A DNA stretch of 64,000 nucleotides from the NCBI RefSeq assembly GCF_009914755.1, contig NC_060928.1, one strand, 5' to 3'. The notes below the pieces were generated by a model. That model searched no databases, was not told the DNA's origin, and saw only the letters and a program-made list of their open reading frames with translations. The translations under genes were made by a program, and so were the position numbers. The stretch is from the human T2T-CHM13v2.0 reference genome, Homo sapiens. This document shows positions 29,893 to 47,420 of this stretch, in pieces (position 1 is the first letter of the stretch; the number at the start of each line of letters is the position of its first letter).

Positions 29893-31390
29893 AGAAGGCC
29901 AAGCAACATGGTCAAATAGAAGCACCCAGCAATTATCTCTCTTCTGCAGGAACACCACATTGACCAACTATACACACACACACAAAAGCACCTTCTTAAG
30001 AATCAAAAATCAGGTAAGTGATCACAGTAGCTGGTTTTCACATCATATTGAGGAAAGAGGCACTGAAGAGGGTAGAAAAGACAGTCTTTAATCACCTATA
30101 CCATCCCTCCCCCCATCCCCCGCATCCCCCTCATCCCCTGGCATGTATTGCCATGCGGCACTGAGAGAATGTCTGCGCCTGGGGAAGGGAGAATGCAGTG
30201 ATTGTGAGACTTAGCATTGGAACTCAGTGCTGTCCTGTCACAGTAAAAAGTAACATGGGGTGGAAGTCAGCCTTCATCCACAGAGGGAGCATTTAGACCA
30301 ACCCTAGCCAGAGGCAAATTGCCCGTCCCAGTTGTCAGAACATGAGTTTCAGCAAGCCCTGCCACCATGGGCAAAAGGACTCTGGGGTCCTACATCAACT
30401 TGAAAGGCAGTCTAGGCCATGAGGACTGCAATCCCTGGGCAAGTCCTGGTCCTGTGCTGTGCTGGGCTCAAAGGGGCCAGGGGACTTGGAGTGCATGTGA
30501 CCTGGTGAGATACCAGCCGGGATGCATGAGGGATGCTTGCACCAACCCTCCTCAACCCTAGGCAGTATAGTTCACAGCTCCAAAAGAGACTCATTCCTTC
30601 TGTTTGAGGAGAGGAGAAGGGAGAACAAAAAGAACTGTGTCTTGCAACTTGGATACCAGCTCAGCCACAGTAGGACAGCGCACCGGACAGAGTCCTGAGG
30701 CCCCATTCCAGGCCTTAGCACTCAGATGACATTTCTAGACACGCATTGGGCCAGAAGATAACCTGCTGCCTTGAAGGGAAAAACCCAGTTCTGGCAGGAT
30801 TCATTATCTTCTCGCTAAAGAACCCTTGGGCCCTGAATAATCAGCAGTGGTAGCTAGGCAATACTTGCCTCTGATCTTGGGTGAGACTCAGAGGTGTGCT
30901 GACTTCAGGTGAGACCCAGCACATTCCTGGCTGTGGTGGCTATGGGGAGAGTCTCCTTCTGCCTGAGGAAGGGAGAGGAAAGAGTAAAGGGGATTTTGTC
31001 TTGCAGCTTAGGTATCAGCTCAGTTACAGTGAGATAGAGTGCCAGGCAGGCCCTAGGGTTCCTGATTCCAGGCCTTGGCTCCCAGATGGCATCTCTGGGT
31101 CTGCCCGGCATTAGGAGGAACTCATCATACTTAGGAGGAACTCATCCTCTTAGAAAGAACTCATCACACTAAAAGGAAGGACATAAGCCTGGATAACTTT
31201 GCCACCTGCTGAGTGTAGAGCCCTTGGTCCATGAGTGAAAATAGGCTGTAGCCAGGCAGTAGTCACTGCAGGCCTTAGGTGAGACCCAGTGCTGTGCAGT
31301 CCCAGTGGTGGTGGCCATAGGGATGCTTGCATTACCCCTCTCCCAGCTCCAGGAAGCTCAGCACAGAGAGAGACCCTGTTTGTTTGGAGG
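29893..31390 (+). mobile_element. Ancient L1 5'UTR (L1M1 5'-end-like) with internal ~360-bp repeats
   Basis: GAGGAAAGAGGCACTGAAGAGGGTAGAAAAGACAGTCTT motif. Homologous blocks GTCTTGCARCTTRGRTAYCAGCTCAG at 30639 and 30998. Locally GC-rich. Confidence 0.75.
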
Positions 31391-31779
31391 GAATGTGGTT
31401 CTGAATCATTATTTAGGGGAATATTGTCTGAACATGGTCTACTTTGAAGTTTCTCACCCTTTCTCATAATATGTCCCATCAACATAAATATTATCAAGCT
31501 TCATTTCCTATAATTTTCATTATGTTGCCCAAATGAAAATATTCTGTTGCAAATTATTGAAATGTAAAATTTTGTATTAAAGTATAAATTATTTGTTAAA
31601 ATATTTAAAATATGATTGGTTATTCTACATACAGAAATGTCTTTGGATATCTCAGTATGTTCTCATCTTTCCCCTGTCCTATCATTATTCTTCCAGTGAC
31701 TCATGCCAAGAATTGATCACAATGCTCCAAGGGTGGTCTGACCAGCAGGGAACTGAGCAGAACTGAACATGGCTTCCTG

Positions 31780-32490
31780 TTTTCTGTACCCAATTTCTTT
31801 CCCTTTTTCTGGTACCACTCATGTCCACATCATAATCATCTTTTGCCTGAACAATCTCAACAGGCTCTGACGTGGTCGTCCTGCTTCCCCCATGAATCCT
31901 GAGTGTTTACCTTCCACTTAGTAGCTAAAGGGCTCTTTTGAACTCATAAAGTTTATCAAGTCATCACCTCCTCAAAACGTTCTATACACTTCCCATAATA
32001 ATGAGCATGAAATCCAACTCCATACCCTATGTGGTCTATATAATCTCCCTTTCCTCAGTCTCCCCTTATTCCATTCTCTCTTCACTCATGAATTTCCAGC
32101 CAAAATTTTCTTCTAATGTCTCAATGATTAGGTCAAGCAGGCTCCACACAGTAGGGTGTGTGCACTGATTGTCTTTGTGTGGAATACTTTCTCTCTCTCT
32201 GCATATTTACATGGCTGTCCTTTTCTTGTCATTTAGATTTTAGTTGATATCCCTCCTCTTCAATGAGGACTTTCATGGCCTCCAAATAGTAAGTAGCTTC
32301 TTTCATCAACTTTTATCATGTCACCCTAAATGTAGTAATAGTACTTGCCACCATAAAATATTCTTATTTATTTGTTTATTGTCTAGCTGTCTAATGAGGT
32401 AAGACCCACAACAGCAGTAATCTTAATAATTTTATTTAGAATAATGTTTGGAATATAAATATTGTTGAGTGAATGAATGCATGCATGCAT
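31780..32490 (+). mobile_element. L2 LINE remnant, 3' part
   Basis: Pyrimidine-rich L2 body ending ATAAATATTGTTGAGTGAATGAATG. Confidence 0.7.
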
Positions 32491-32494
32491 GACC

Positions 32495-32750
32495 ACAGTA
32501 TAGATGTGTTATTGTATATGAAGCTATTAAGATCAAAGAGTTTGAGCCTGGGCTTGAATTGCTGATCTACATTTACTATGGTGAGTCTAAACAAGTTACT
32601 TAACCTATCTGTGCCTGAGATTGTACATCTAAAAAAGGGGCAGATAAAAATGTTACTTTCTTCTCAAGGTTATTGTAAGGATTAAATAAATAAATTGCTC
32701 TTTGTAAAATGCATAGATAACTACTGTATAAATGTAGCAATAAATAGTAG
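32495..32750 (+). mobile_element. MIR SINE
   Basis: CAAGTTACTTAACCTATCTGTGCCT...AGGTTATTGTAAGGATTAAATAA. Confidence 0.75.
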
Positions 32751-33321
32751 TACAACCCAATTTTTAGAATTTTGGCAGCCACACTATTGACTCATATTAC
32801 ACCTAAAGTATAATGTAAATTCTCTAAGTTTTTTTTTTAACGTGTGCTGCTTTGAAGTCTCACCTCTATATTTTTGTGCTTACACAGCTGCCTTTTAGAA
32901 GCCAACTACAGGATTTTATATTGGTCCGCTTTATTTGGTTTCATTCAGCACATCATTCTACTCTGTTGACAATGCTGAAGGTTTTGAGTTATTGATTAAA
33001 TGTCACCTTGGATATTTGAAACCAGGACTTCAATCTAAAAATCTAAGCTACTTAACTCAAGTGACCTCAGTCTAGAGGACTCTGAGTATTCATGGGGCCA
33101 GTGTGTTGTCTTCTAGCAGTTTCCTTTCACTTGCCCGGAGAAGAGGCCTGTGAAGGCTGGCCCTGGGTCTGTAAAACACATACCAGAAGTGGGAGAGGAC
33201 ATAGGTTAAAAGCAGATTGACAGAGGAGGATCAAAGAAGCCATAAGTATACCTCAGCTGACAATGACCAAGCTTATGGGAAGAAGATACAGAAAAATAGA
33301 AATTTGGATGTAGAGCAAATC

Positions 33322-35224
<1,903 letters not shown>

Positions 35225-35459
35225 TTATTTATTTTTTTATCTTTTGATTTTTTAAATTATACTTTAAGTTTTGGGGTACATGTGCACAATGTGCAGGTTT
35301 GTTACATATGTATACATGTGCCATGTTGGTGTGCTGCACCCATTAACTCGTCATTTACATTGGGTATATCTCCTAATGCTTTCCATCGTCCCTCCCCCTA
35401 CCCCACAACAGTCCCCGGTGTGTGATGTTCCCCTTCCTGTGTCCAAGTGTTCTCATTGT

Positions 35460-39280
<3,821 letters not shown>

Positions 39281-39343
39281 TATGATGTTAGCTGGTTGTT
39301 TTGCTCATTAGTTGATGCAGTTTCTTCCTAGCATCGATGGTCT

Positions 39344-39884
39344 TTACAATTTGGCATGTTTTTGCAGTGGCTGGTACAAGTTGTTCCTTTCCATGTTCAG
39401 TGCTTCCTTCAGGCCTCTTTTAGGGCAGGCCTGGTGGTGACAAAATCTCTCAGCATTTGCTTGTCTGTAAAGGATTTTATTTCTCCTTCACTTACGAAGC
39501 TTAGTTTGGCTGGATATGAAATTCTGGGTTGAAAATTCTTTCTTTAAGAATGTTGAATACTGGCCCCCACTCTCTTCTGGCTTGAAGAGTTTCTGCTGAG
39601 AGATCCACTGTTAGTCTGACGGGTTTCCCTTTGTGGGTAACCCGACCTTTCTCTCTGGCTACACTTAACATTTTTTCCTTCATTTCAACTTTGGTGAATC
39701 TGACAATTATGTGTCTTGGAGTTGCTCTTCTCGAGGAGTATCTTTGTGGCATTCTCTGTATTTCCTGAATTTGAATGTTGACCTGCCTTGCTAGGTTGGG
39801 GAAGTTCTCTCCTGGATAATATCCTGCAGAGTGTTTTCCAACTTGATTCAATTCTCCCCGTCACTTTCAGGTACACCAATCAGA
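39344..39884 (-). pseudogene. L1 ORF1p C-terminal fragment, disrupted
   Basis: ENFPNLARQVNIQIQEIQR...TPRHIIVRFTKVEMKEKML...LSAETLQARREW. Confidence 0.95.
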
Positions 39885-40440
39885 ATCTTATCAATATCCT
39901 CATCTCCCACATGAATATTCTCTGACAGTTCCAGCCCACTCTACTCTCTCATCCTTTCCTGAAATGTTATGGCTCTTATAGCCTGTGCCACAAAATTAGG
40001 CATTTAATTTTATATTGTCTTGTTTTGTTTTCTAATTATGTCATGGATATATTCTTTTCCATGCTAGATTGTGAATTCTTGGCAAGGAACCAATTTTCAT
40101 GCTTTTCTGTGTCTCTTTTCAGCATTTAGAAAATATGGACATATAATTATACTCAATAAAAATTGTTAATTGACTGAACAACTTTCCTAGGTTCATTGTA
40201 ACTCTTCAGTTCTATGACATTAAAGTACAGAGCACAAAATGGCCAACAATTCGTATGTTAATTATCTGAAATGATGAAATCATTCAATACACCTGGGCAG
40301 CTATGAGAAATGTCGTTGATGGTGTGAGCAGTAGTGGTGCATGCAAGGGCCATCCATCCTAAACAGCTCTCATACACTTTGAGTTTTGGACTGATTCATC
40401 AGTTATCTACCGAGTAGATTGCTTAAAAAGAAGTGTTGGG

Positions 40441-40773
40441 GGCTGGGTGCAGTGGCTAGTGCTTGTAATCCCAGCAATTTGGGAGGCCAAAGCAGGTGGA
40501 TTGCCTAAGGTCAGGAGTTCGAGTCCAGTCTGGCAAACATGGTGAAACCCCATCTCTACTAAAAACACAAAAAAATTAGCTGGGCGTGATGGCATGAGCC
40601 AGTCATCCAAGTTACTTGGGAGGCTGAGACAGGGGAATTTCTTGAACCAGGGAGGTGGAGGTTGCAGTGACAGTGAGCTGAAATTGTTGCACTCCAACCT
40701 GGGCAACAGAATGAGACTCTGTCTCAAAAATAAAATAAAATAAATTAAATAAATAAAAATTAAAATTAAAAAA
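40441..40773 (+). mobile_element. Alu (AluS), diverged, with a long AT-rich tail
   Basis: Dimer with a (TAAAA)n tail. Degenerate TSD AAAAGAAGTGTTGGG / AAAAAAGTATTGAGG. Confidence 0.93.
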
Positions 40774-41139
40774 AGTATTGAGGTTTTATTGCTCCATTTA
40801 TTTGTGTTGTCATCAACCATTTGGTATCCATTGCCTCGAAGTAAATCAAGGTGATCTAAAGGGTTAATTTATGATTCTTGGAAAATTCTATAATGTTCGC
40901 TTATCTCATTTGAAGAAAAAGTAAAAGTTAAAATATTTGAAGAAGTTACTACTCAGACTATAAAAATCATGTAGTCTTGCCTTCTCATTCTATTCTCAAG
41001 GTTCTGGAAGTTAAATAAAAATGGCTTATTATAATGCTGGTCTTTTTACTAACTCATAAGAAGTTCAAAATATGTAGTTTTTACTCCTCTACCTGCTAGT
41101 ATTTAGATAAGCACCTCAAAACCAATATTCACGTTTCAT

Positions 41140-41320
41140 AATCAGAGTGCCCTAGTTAAACTCCAGATTTGTTACTTACTAGCTATGTGACTCTGAGTAA
41201 ATCATGTAATTTCTAAGAGCCTTCGTTGTCTTTCAGATAAAATAGGCAAAGCCATATCTACTTCTCAGTGTTCTTGCAAGAATTAATTAGCTCATATAAT
41301 AAATGTGCTTATTACTATTC
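41140..41320 (+). mobile_element. MIR SINE remnant
   Basis: ACTTACTAGCTATGTGACTCTGAGTAAATCA. Confidence 0.7.
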
Positions 41321-41882
41321 AAAAAACATATAAAAGCATAAAGAGTACATTACTATTTATCTGGGAATAATCCTTTTTATTATAATGTAATAATTGTTAT
41401 TACAATTATTATAAAACTCATCTTTTTGAGTAGGGCATACATTATTGTTCAAAATGTAATAAAATTGGTGAAGTTTTAGAACTGGAGCAAGATGTCATAG
41501 TAGCGTAAAAGAGGGCACTTAACAAGACCTGGGTGCCAGAAAGTATATCTAAATTAGAAGATTTTTAATATGAGTTTTAGAGATTTTAAGGAAGTCATTA
41601 TCAGGGCTTCTGGAGACAAGGTGGCTTGGGCACATTTATATTTTAGACATATCTAGCAGGAGGGAACATGGTTGAGCAGAGGGTGATGATGACATAAGGA
41701 CACCACTGAAAGGAATTTGAGTAAAATGATGACACATATTAGGAGAGATGGGGCAGATATTACTCATTTGAGAAAAAGCCACACTTCAAGAGTGACTGGA
41801 AAGAGTCAGGGAGTGCGGGAAAAGAGTCAAAGGTGATCCTTAAGTATCTAGTTTGGGTAACTAGGATAGTGTGGCTCCAACC

Positions 41883-42242
41883 TGTCGTAATCAGCTTGGG
41901 CTGCTATAACAAACATTATGCTGAGTGGTGTAAACAGTGGAAATTTATCTTCTCAGAATTCTAGAGGCTCCAAAGTCTGAGATCATAAATGTCAGCATGG
42001 TTGGATTCTGTTGAGGGCCCTCTTCTTGGGTTGCAGGCAGCTGCCTTCTTATATCCTCATATTCTCAGAGAGAGAGAGAGATCATCTCTCTTGTGCCTCT
42101 TCTTATAAGAGCACTAATTCCATTCATGAGGACTCTACCCTCATGATCTAACTATCTCCCAAAGGCCCACCTCCAAATATACTTTGGAGATTAGGAACTT
42201 AACATATAAATTTTGGGAAGCACGACAATTCACCCCATAGCA
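41883..42242 (-). mobile_element. MLT1A-like solo LTR
   Basis: GGGCTGCTATAACAAA...TTCATGAGGACTCTACCCTCATGATCTAA...CTCCCAAAGGCCCACCTCCAAAT...CCATAGCA. Confidence 0.87.
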
Positions 42243-43175
42243 TACCCATTGAGAAGAACAATACAAGAAAATTTGGAGTTAACTAATTTGAGGAGAAAAT
42301 GATGAGTTTACATTAAATCAAGACGAACTTGAGATGTTTTAAGAGGGAACTGCTTCTTCCCTACTACTTATATGTTCTGCCAGGAAGAGAAAATTCTGCT
42401 AGTGTGGTACTTCTAGTTTCTTCTCTTGTCCCTGTACTCACTCTGCCCCTGGGGAGGCGAATTATTTATTTGGTTGTTCAAACTGGGGAGAGTGACTCTT
42501 CTGTCTAGAAACAGCCTTCCTATGGAGAGCCTGGGCTGTCCTCTTTCACTCCATGCTTTACATCTGTAAATTCTGTAGGAGCCTCCCTCTTGGAAGCCAA
42601 ATTGCCCCACAATCCAGGTCAGATTGTGGTTCATATTAGCCACTGCACTTACCCTTGTTTGAAAGTCACGTGCCCCAACTTGGTTATGGCTTGGTCTCTA
42701 TCCTTCCTGCTTATTTTTCAGCTTTCTCAGTGTTGAGGCAGGAATGAAAGGTATCCTTTATAGAAAGGACTCTAGAGATTCCAACAAGGCCACTTTTGAC
42801 AACACATCTATGACCCATTTTTTGGCATCTCACACAATTGGCTCATTTAAGTTTTTCAATGTTTGAGCTAATTAAAATATAAATATGATGTATGTTTTAT
42901 ATACTTCCAAAATGTAATAAATGCTCAGTAAGTATCTGTGGAGATTATATATTTAAAATTAGTTGGGAAACATAACTATCCTACTGTTAAACATTTTTTA
43001 GAGAGATTTAGAGATATTCATTTATTGAACTCCTATTTGGCTGGTAATTTGCTCAGTGTGACCTGCCATCCTACACTTTTTACAAACTGCCCCACTTCTC
43101 ATTTTGCCAAACCAGATTGCCTTTCTCTTAATAGCTCCTTCTTTCTTGCCACTGAACCTAAACTCATGTTCTGAG

Positions 43176-43686
43176 CAGTAGGCAAAATAATTAACAGACC
43201 CACAAAGATGTTCTTAAGTCCCAGACCCTGTGAATATGTTATGTTACATATCAAGGGGGAATTAAGGCTGTAAATGGAATTAAGGTTGCTAATCAGTTGA
43301 CTGGAATATAAAGAGATTATTCTGGATTATCCAAATCAGTTCAGTGTAACCATAATGGTTCTTATAAGTGAAAAAGGGAGGCAGGAGAGTCAGAGTCCCA
43401 GAAGGATATGTGATACCAGGAAGCAGAGGTCAAAATGATGCAACTGCTAGATTTGAACACGGAAGCACCCACAAGCCAAGTGATGGGGATGGCCTCTAGA
43501 AGCTGTGAAAGGCAAGGAAACAGACTCTCCTTCTAGAAAAGAATGCACATTGATGACATCTGATTTTAGCTTAGTGAAACCCATTTCATATTTCTGAACT
43601 GCAAAACTGAAAGATAGTAAATTTGTGCTGTTTTAAGCCACGAGGTTTGTGGCAATTTGTTGCAGCAGTAACAGGAAACAAATACA
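43176..43686 (+). mobile_element. MLT1D/E-like solo LTR
   Basis: CCTGTGAATATGTTATGTTACAT...AATTAAGGTTGCTAATCAG...TTTTAAGCCAC...GGAAACAAATACA. Confidence 0.87.
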
Positions 43687-43734
43687 TTCTGCAACTCATC
43701 TCCTGCATTTTCCCTGAGTGGCCATTTATAAATA

Positions 43735-43960
43735 CATAGACTCTGACCCAGCCTGGCCAGAGATAAATCAGGCTCCTCCACCTCTCCAACTGCTAGCTCT
43801 GTGATCCCAGGCAAGTTATTAAATTTTTACATGACTATTTCCTCACCTATAATATGGGGATTATCATGACACCATCCTTATAGGGATGAGTTAATAGATG
43901 CAAAGTCCTTTGGAAAAGTGGGCACATAACAAACACTATAGAAGTGTACGCTAATATTTT
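43735..43960 (+). mobile_element. MIR SINE
   Basis: TGTGATCCCAGGCAAGTTATT...TTTCCTCACCTATAATATGGGGAT. Confidence 0.75.
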
Positions 43961-43962
43961 CA

Positions 43963-44220
43963 TTATTATGCTTACCTCTACAAATTATTTTATAAATCAG
44001 TTCAAACGCCAATTCTTCTATTTCCTTTTGGAACAATAAGATCTTTCTTCCTTAAATTTATAGAGTACTTTACCTTAACAATATTTTATAGCATGTGTTC
44101 GTTATTATGCTTACCTTTACAAATTATTTTATAAATCAGTTCAAATGCCAATTCTTCTATTTCCTTTTTGAACAATAAATTTACAGAGTACTTTACCTTA
44201 ACAATGTTTTATAGCATGTG
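43963..44220. repeat. Tandem duplication, period 139 bp
   Basis: Copy 1 at 43963-44097, copy 2 at 44102-44220. A few substitutions and a 16-bp indel. Confidence 0.95.
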
Positions 44221-45331
44221 ATATTTTAATTCTTATTTAATCACTTTCATACATATTGAATCCTCTCTCCTAAGATATAAGATCTTGTAAAAATTAGTGA
44301 TATGCATTTTATATATTTACTTTATTTATTCTAATTTTGTTATTCCTATACTGTCTAGGCCAGTGTTTTGCATATCATAGGTGTTCAATAAACATATTTG
44401 AACTACCAATGGTGTTTTCCACTTGTGCTAATTTCAAGAAACAAACAAAATCATTCACTATTCAATGGGCAACACTCTACAGAAAGAATTAATAAAACAG
44501 AAGAATGAATAAAAACCCGAAGAGTAGCATGAAGTCTATAGAAAATATCCTCCACAAGTATGTAGTGGGATTCAGATTCTTTTTTTCACTTTCACTCTAG
44601 ATGTTCAACTTTAATTTAAATAACATGTTAGATCAAGTGTGCTTTTATAAATTAGTTATTAGCCCATAAACTGTCTTATATAGTCTGCTCTGAAGGTTAT
44701 CACTTTAAGAGGCATGATATACTGTGGGGACTGAATTTTAGTACTGTGCAAAGACCTGATTGGAATGAACATTTCTGAACTTCTAGAGCCTCTCCAGTAA
44801 GAATGCAGTTGTTGCTGTGAAATTGACTTTAAAAGAAGCTTCTGATGACAAGGCCTAGCTGATTATTGTTTCAGAGATGAAGTGAAAAAAGAGCAAACAT
44901 AGTTACCATAGAAATAAATGTATTAAGTTCTAAAATTAACATTCTTATTAGTGATTATGCCCATATTTTTTTGATACATCTACAGTTAATCTCAAAACTT
45001 TCATCATGGGTATGGGGTTATACTTCCTGGTATGACCCAAGATGTGAAACTCAATTAAGGTCAAATGTCATTAACTTCGGTAGTATGTTTTAAAATTAAC
45101 CTCAAAACGGCCCCAAATTTTGTTAAAACTATAGAAGAAGAAATTATTTATTAAGAAGGTAAGAAAAGTAATTCTTCTAAACTATGCAATCATTTATTTA
45201 TTGGCTCTGATAAGAATAACATTTCAAATGGTTGTGTTTTCTGTCAGTAATTTGAAGTTCTAGTATAATATTTTTATTTAATTACATGATTACAAAACAA
45301 GTCTTTACTTACATCATATGCATTATATGCC

Positions 45332-45630
45332 AAATTAATTCTCCTTTGAAAAGGCCAATTGCTGATAAGAGCAATGAATTCTATTGAATAGCTCACTGAA
45401 TTCTGAGAGAGTAATTAAGAAATTTTTATATACACACAGAAACACATGTGGCTCACACATTAAGATGTAGACGACAATCTTTCAAGATACCATCTAACAA
45501 ATGGAGGAAATATGTTTTCAGCTTGCAAACTTCAAAGCTCTATGTCCAATAATGAGATAAATCTTCATTTCTGATGGTACTAATCCAACACTGAAAAATT
45601 AATTCTCCTTTGAAAAGGCTAATTGCTGAT
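45332..45630. repeat. 35-bp direct repeat pair
   Basis: AAATTAATTCTCCTTTGAAAAGGCYAATTGCTGAT at 45332-45366 and 45596-45630, one mismatch. Confidence 0.93.
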
Positions 45631-46465
45631 GATTTCGCAGAAAAGAGGTCTATTCTTTTTAGTGGATATGAATTGATCCTGCTAATGCAGAACCTGACTT
45701 TTTCAGATTCCTTTAGCCTTTAGTATGAGTGAATTTTTAAAATTTCTCTTTTGTTGTGTTAGAAATAAATATAATGATTTTTTCTCATGCTGATTTTTAA
45801 GAGTTTAAAGGAAAACAACAGCTGATAGCTCATTAAGGCTCATGAGACACCACTAAGCATATACAACTCCCATTTTGAGGCTGCATAAGCCAAACACTTT
45901 CAATTCCACTAGAAGGTGTCATTAGAAGTACTTAAGCAAAGAAAGCTACTAGGAGCAAGAACACCCCAGAGAATTTCTGTAAAGACTTTGATGCACCCAT
46001 TGTCCCATAGTTTAAAATGTTGTATCACTCAAGCAGCAACCTCATTAACAGATCATTTAGATTATCATGAGTTATGATGAACTCAAGCCTCTGTAGTATT
46101 TTCTTCCCAACAATTTGCTTTATTACAGCAATATAACAGACATCTGCCTTAAAGAGAAGTCTTACTTTCCACTCTATTGGATGCCACTGAAATTTACAGT
46201 GTCTGGGGCAGGAGGAAGAAGTAATAAAGTCTTACAGGGAAAAAAAAAACTTGTTACCTAAGGGCAATATCAGAAATGATGAGAAATGAGATAAGCCAGT
46301 AGGACTAATTCAACTAGAACTGAAGAAGCTGGCTCTGAATCTGATTTGCTCTCCTCCAAAAGAAAAATATGCTCATGATAACAATAACTAATGTGTACTT
46401 AATACTTTTGAGGAAAATGACTATGTGGTGCTCCAAACTATGTGCAACATTCTGTGCCAGGTTAT

Positions 46466-46521
<56 letters not shown>
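46466..46521. repeat. (TCTA)14 tetranucleotide STR
   Basis: Perfect GATA-type run within a MIR-like remnant. Confidence 0.98.
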
Positions 46522-46934
46522 AAATTTATGTATACACAGAAATATAACATTTTACATAAGTAGTAAAGTAACTCTGTATTTTAGGTCTTATCATTGCCAT
46601 GTTAAATATATTTCCAGAGTAATATAGTCAGTAAGTTGTTTAAGTGGGGTTTGGATGCAGGTCTCTTTGGTTTCAAAGGCTGCAGTCTTTACCCCTCATC
46701 ATATTGCCTTGCTTTTGTTGCCTTCTTCACTTCTTTTGTCTCTGTTTCTTATTCAGACAAAGGTGGGAATTGACTGTAGGTGAAGACTCTTCTTTGGCTA
46801 ATTGGTTTATTTTATCCCTAAGGAAGATTCCTATTCTTGCTTCTGGTCTCTCTTCTCCCTCTCTCTCTTCCTCTCTCTTTTTTTTCTCTCCTTCTTTCCT
46901 TCCCCCTCCTCAGAAAATGACTAGACTTTACCTT

Positions 46935-47420
46935 TGCAATAGACTAAATCATAGCCCCTAAAAGAGATATGCCTAGGTACTAATCCCTGGGAGCTTATCC
47001 ATAAAAAATGTATTTGCACACCTGATGAAATTAAGGATCTTCAAAGGAGGTTCTTGCATTGGATTATCCAAGTGGACCCTAGGTGAAGTCACATGTATCC
47101 CTTTAAAAGGGAGGGAGATCTCTGTCTCCCTCTGGGCTTCTCAGTCTAGAGGGAGGCAGATACACACAAGAGAAGAGGCAATGAGATCACTGAGTCAGAG
47201 ATTGGAGTTAGGCATCCATAAACCAAGGCATTCCTGGAATTACCAGAAGCTGGAAGGCAAGGAATGGATTGTCTCCTAAAGCCATTAAAAGGAATGTGAC
47301 CCTATTGGCACCTTTAATTCTGGCTTCTGGCCTTCCTAACTGAAGAGATAATAAATATCTATTGTGTTAAGCCAACAAGTTTGTGGTAGTTTCTTACAAT
47401 AGTCACAGGAAACTAGCACA
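46935..47420 (+). mobile_element. MLT1C/D-like solo LTR
   Basis: GGATTATCCAAGTGGACCCT...ACCAGAAGCTGGAAGGCAAGGAATGGATT...TTAAGCCAACAAGTTTGTGGTAG. Confidence 0.82.

Noticed and set aside
41370-41415. AT-rich hairpin (TGTAATAA-TTG-TTATTACA)
   Set aside because: Short stem in very AT-rich, low-complexity DNA, expected by chance.
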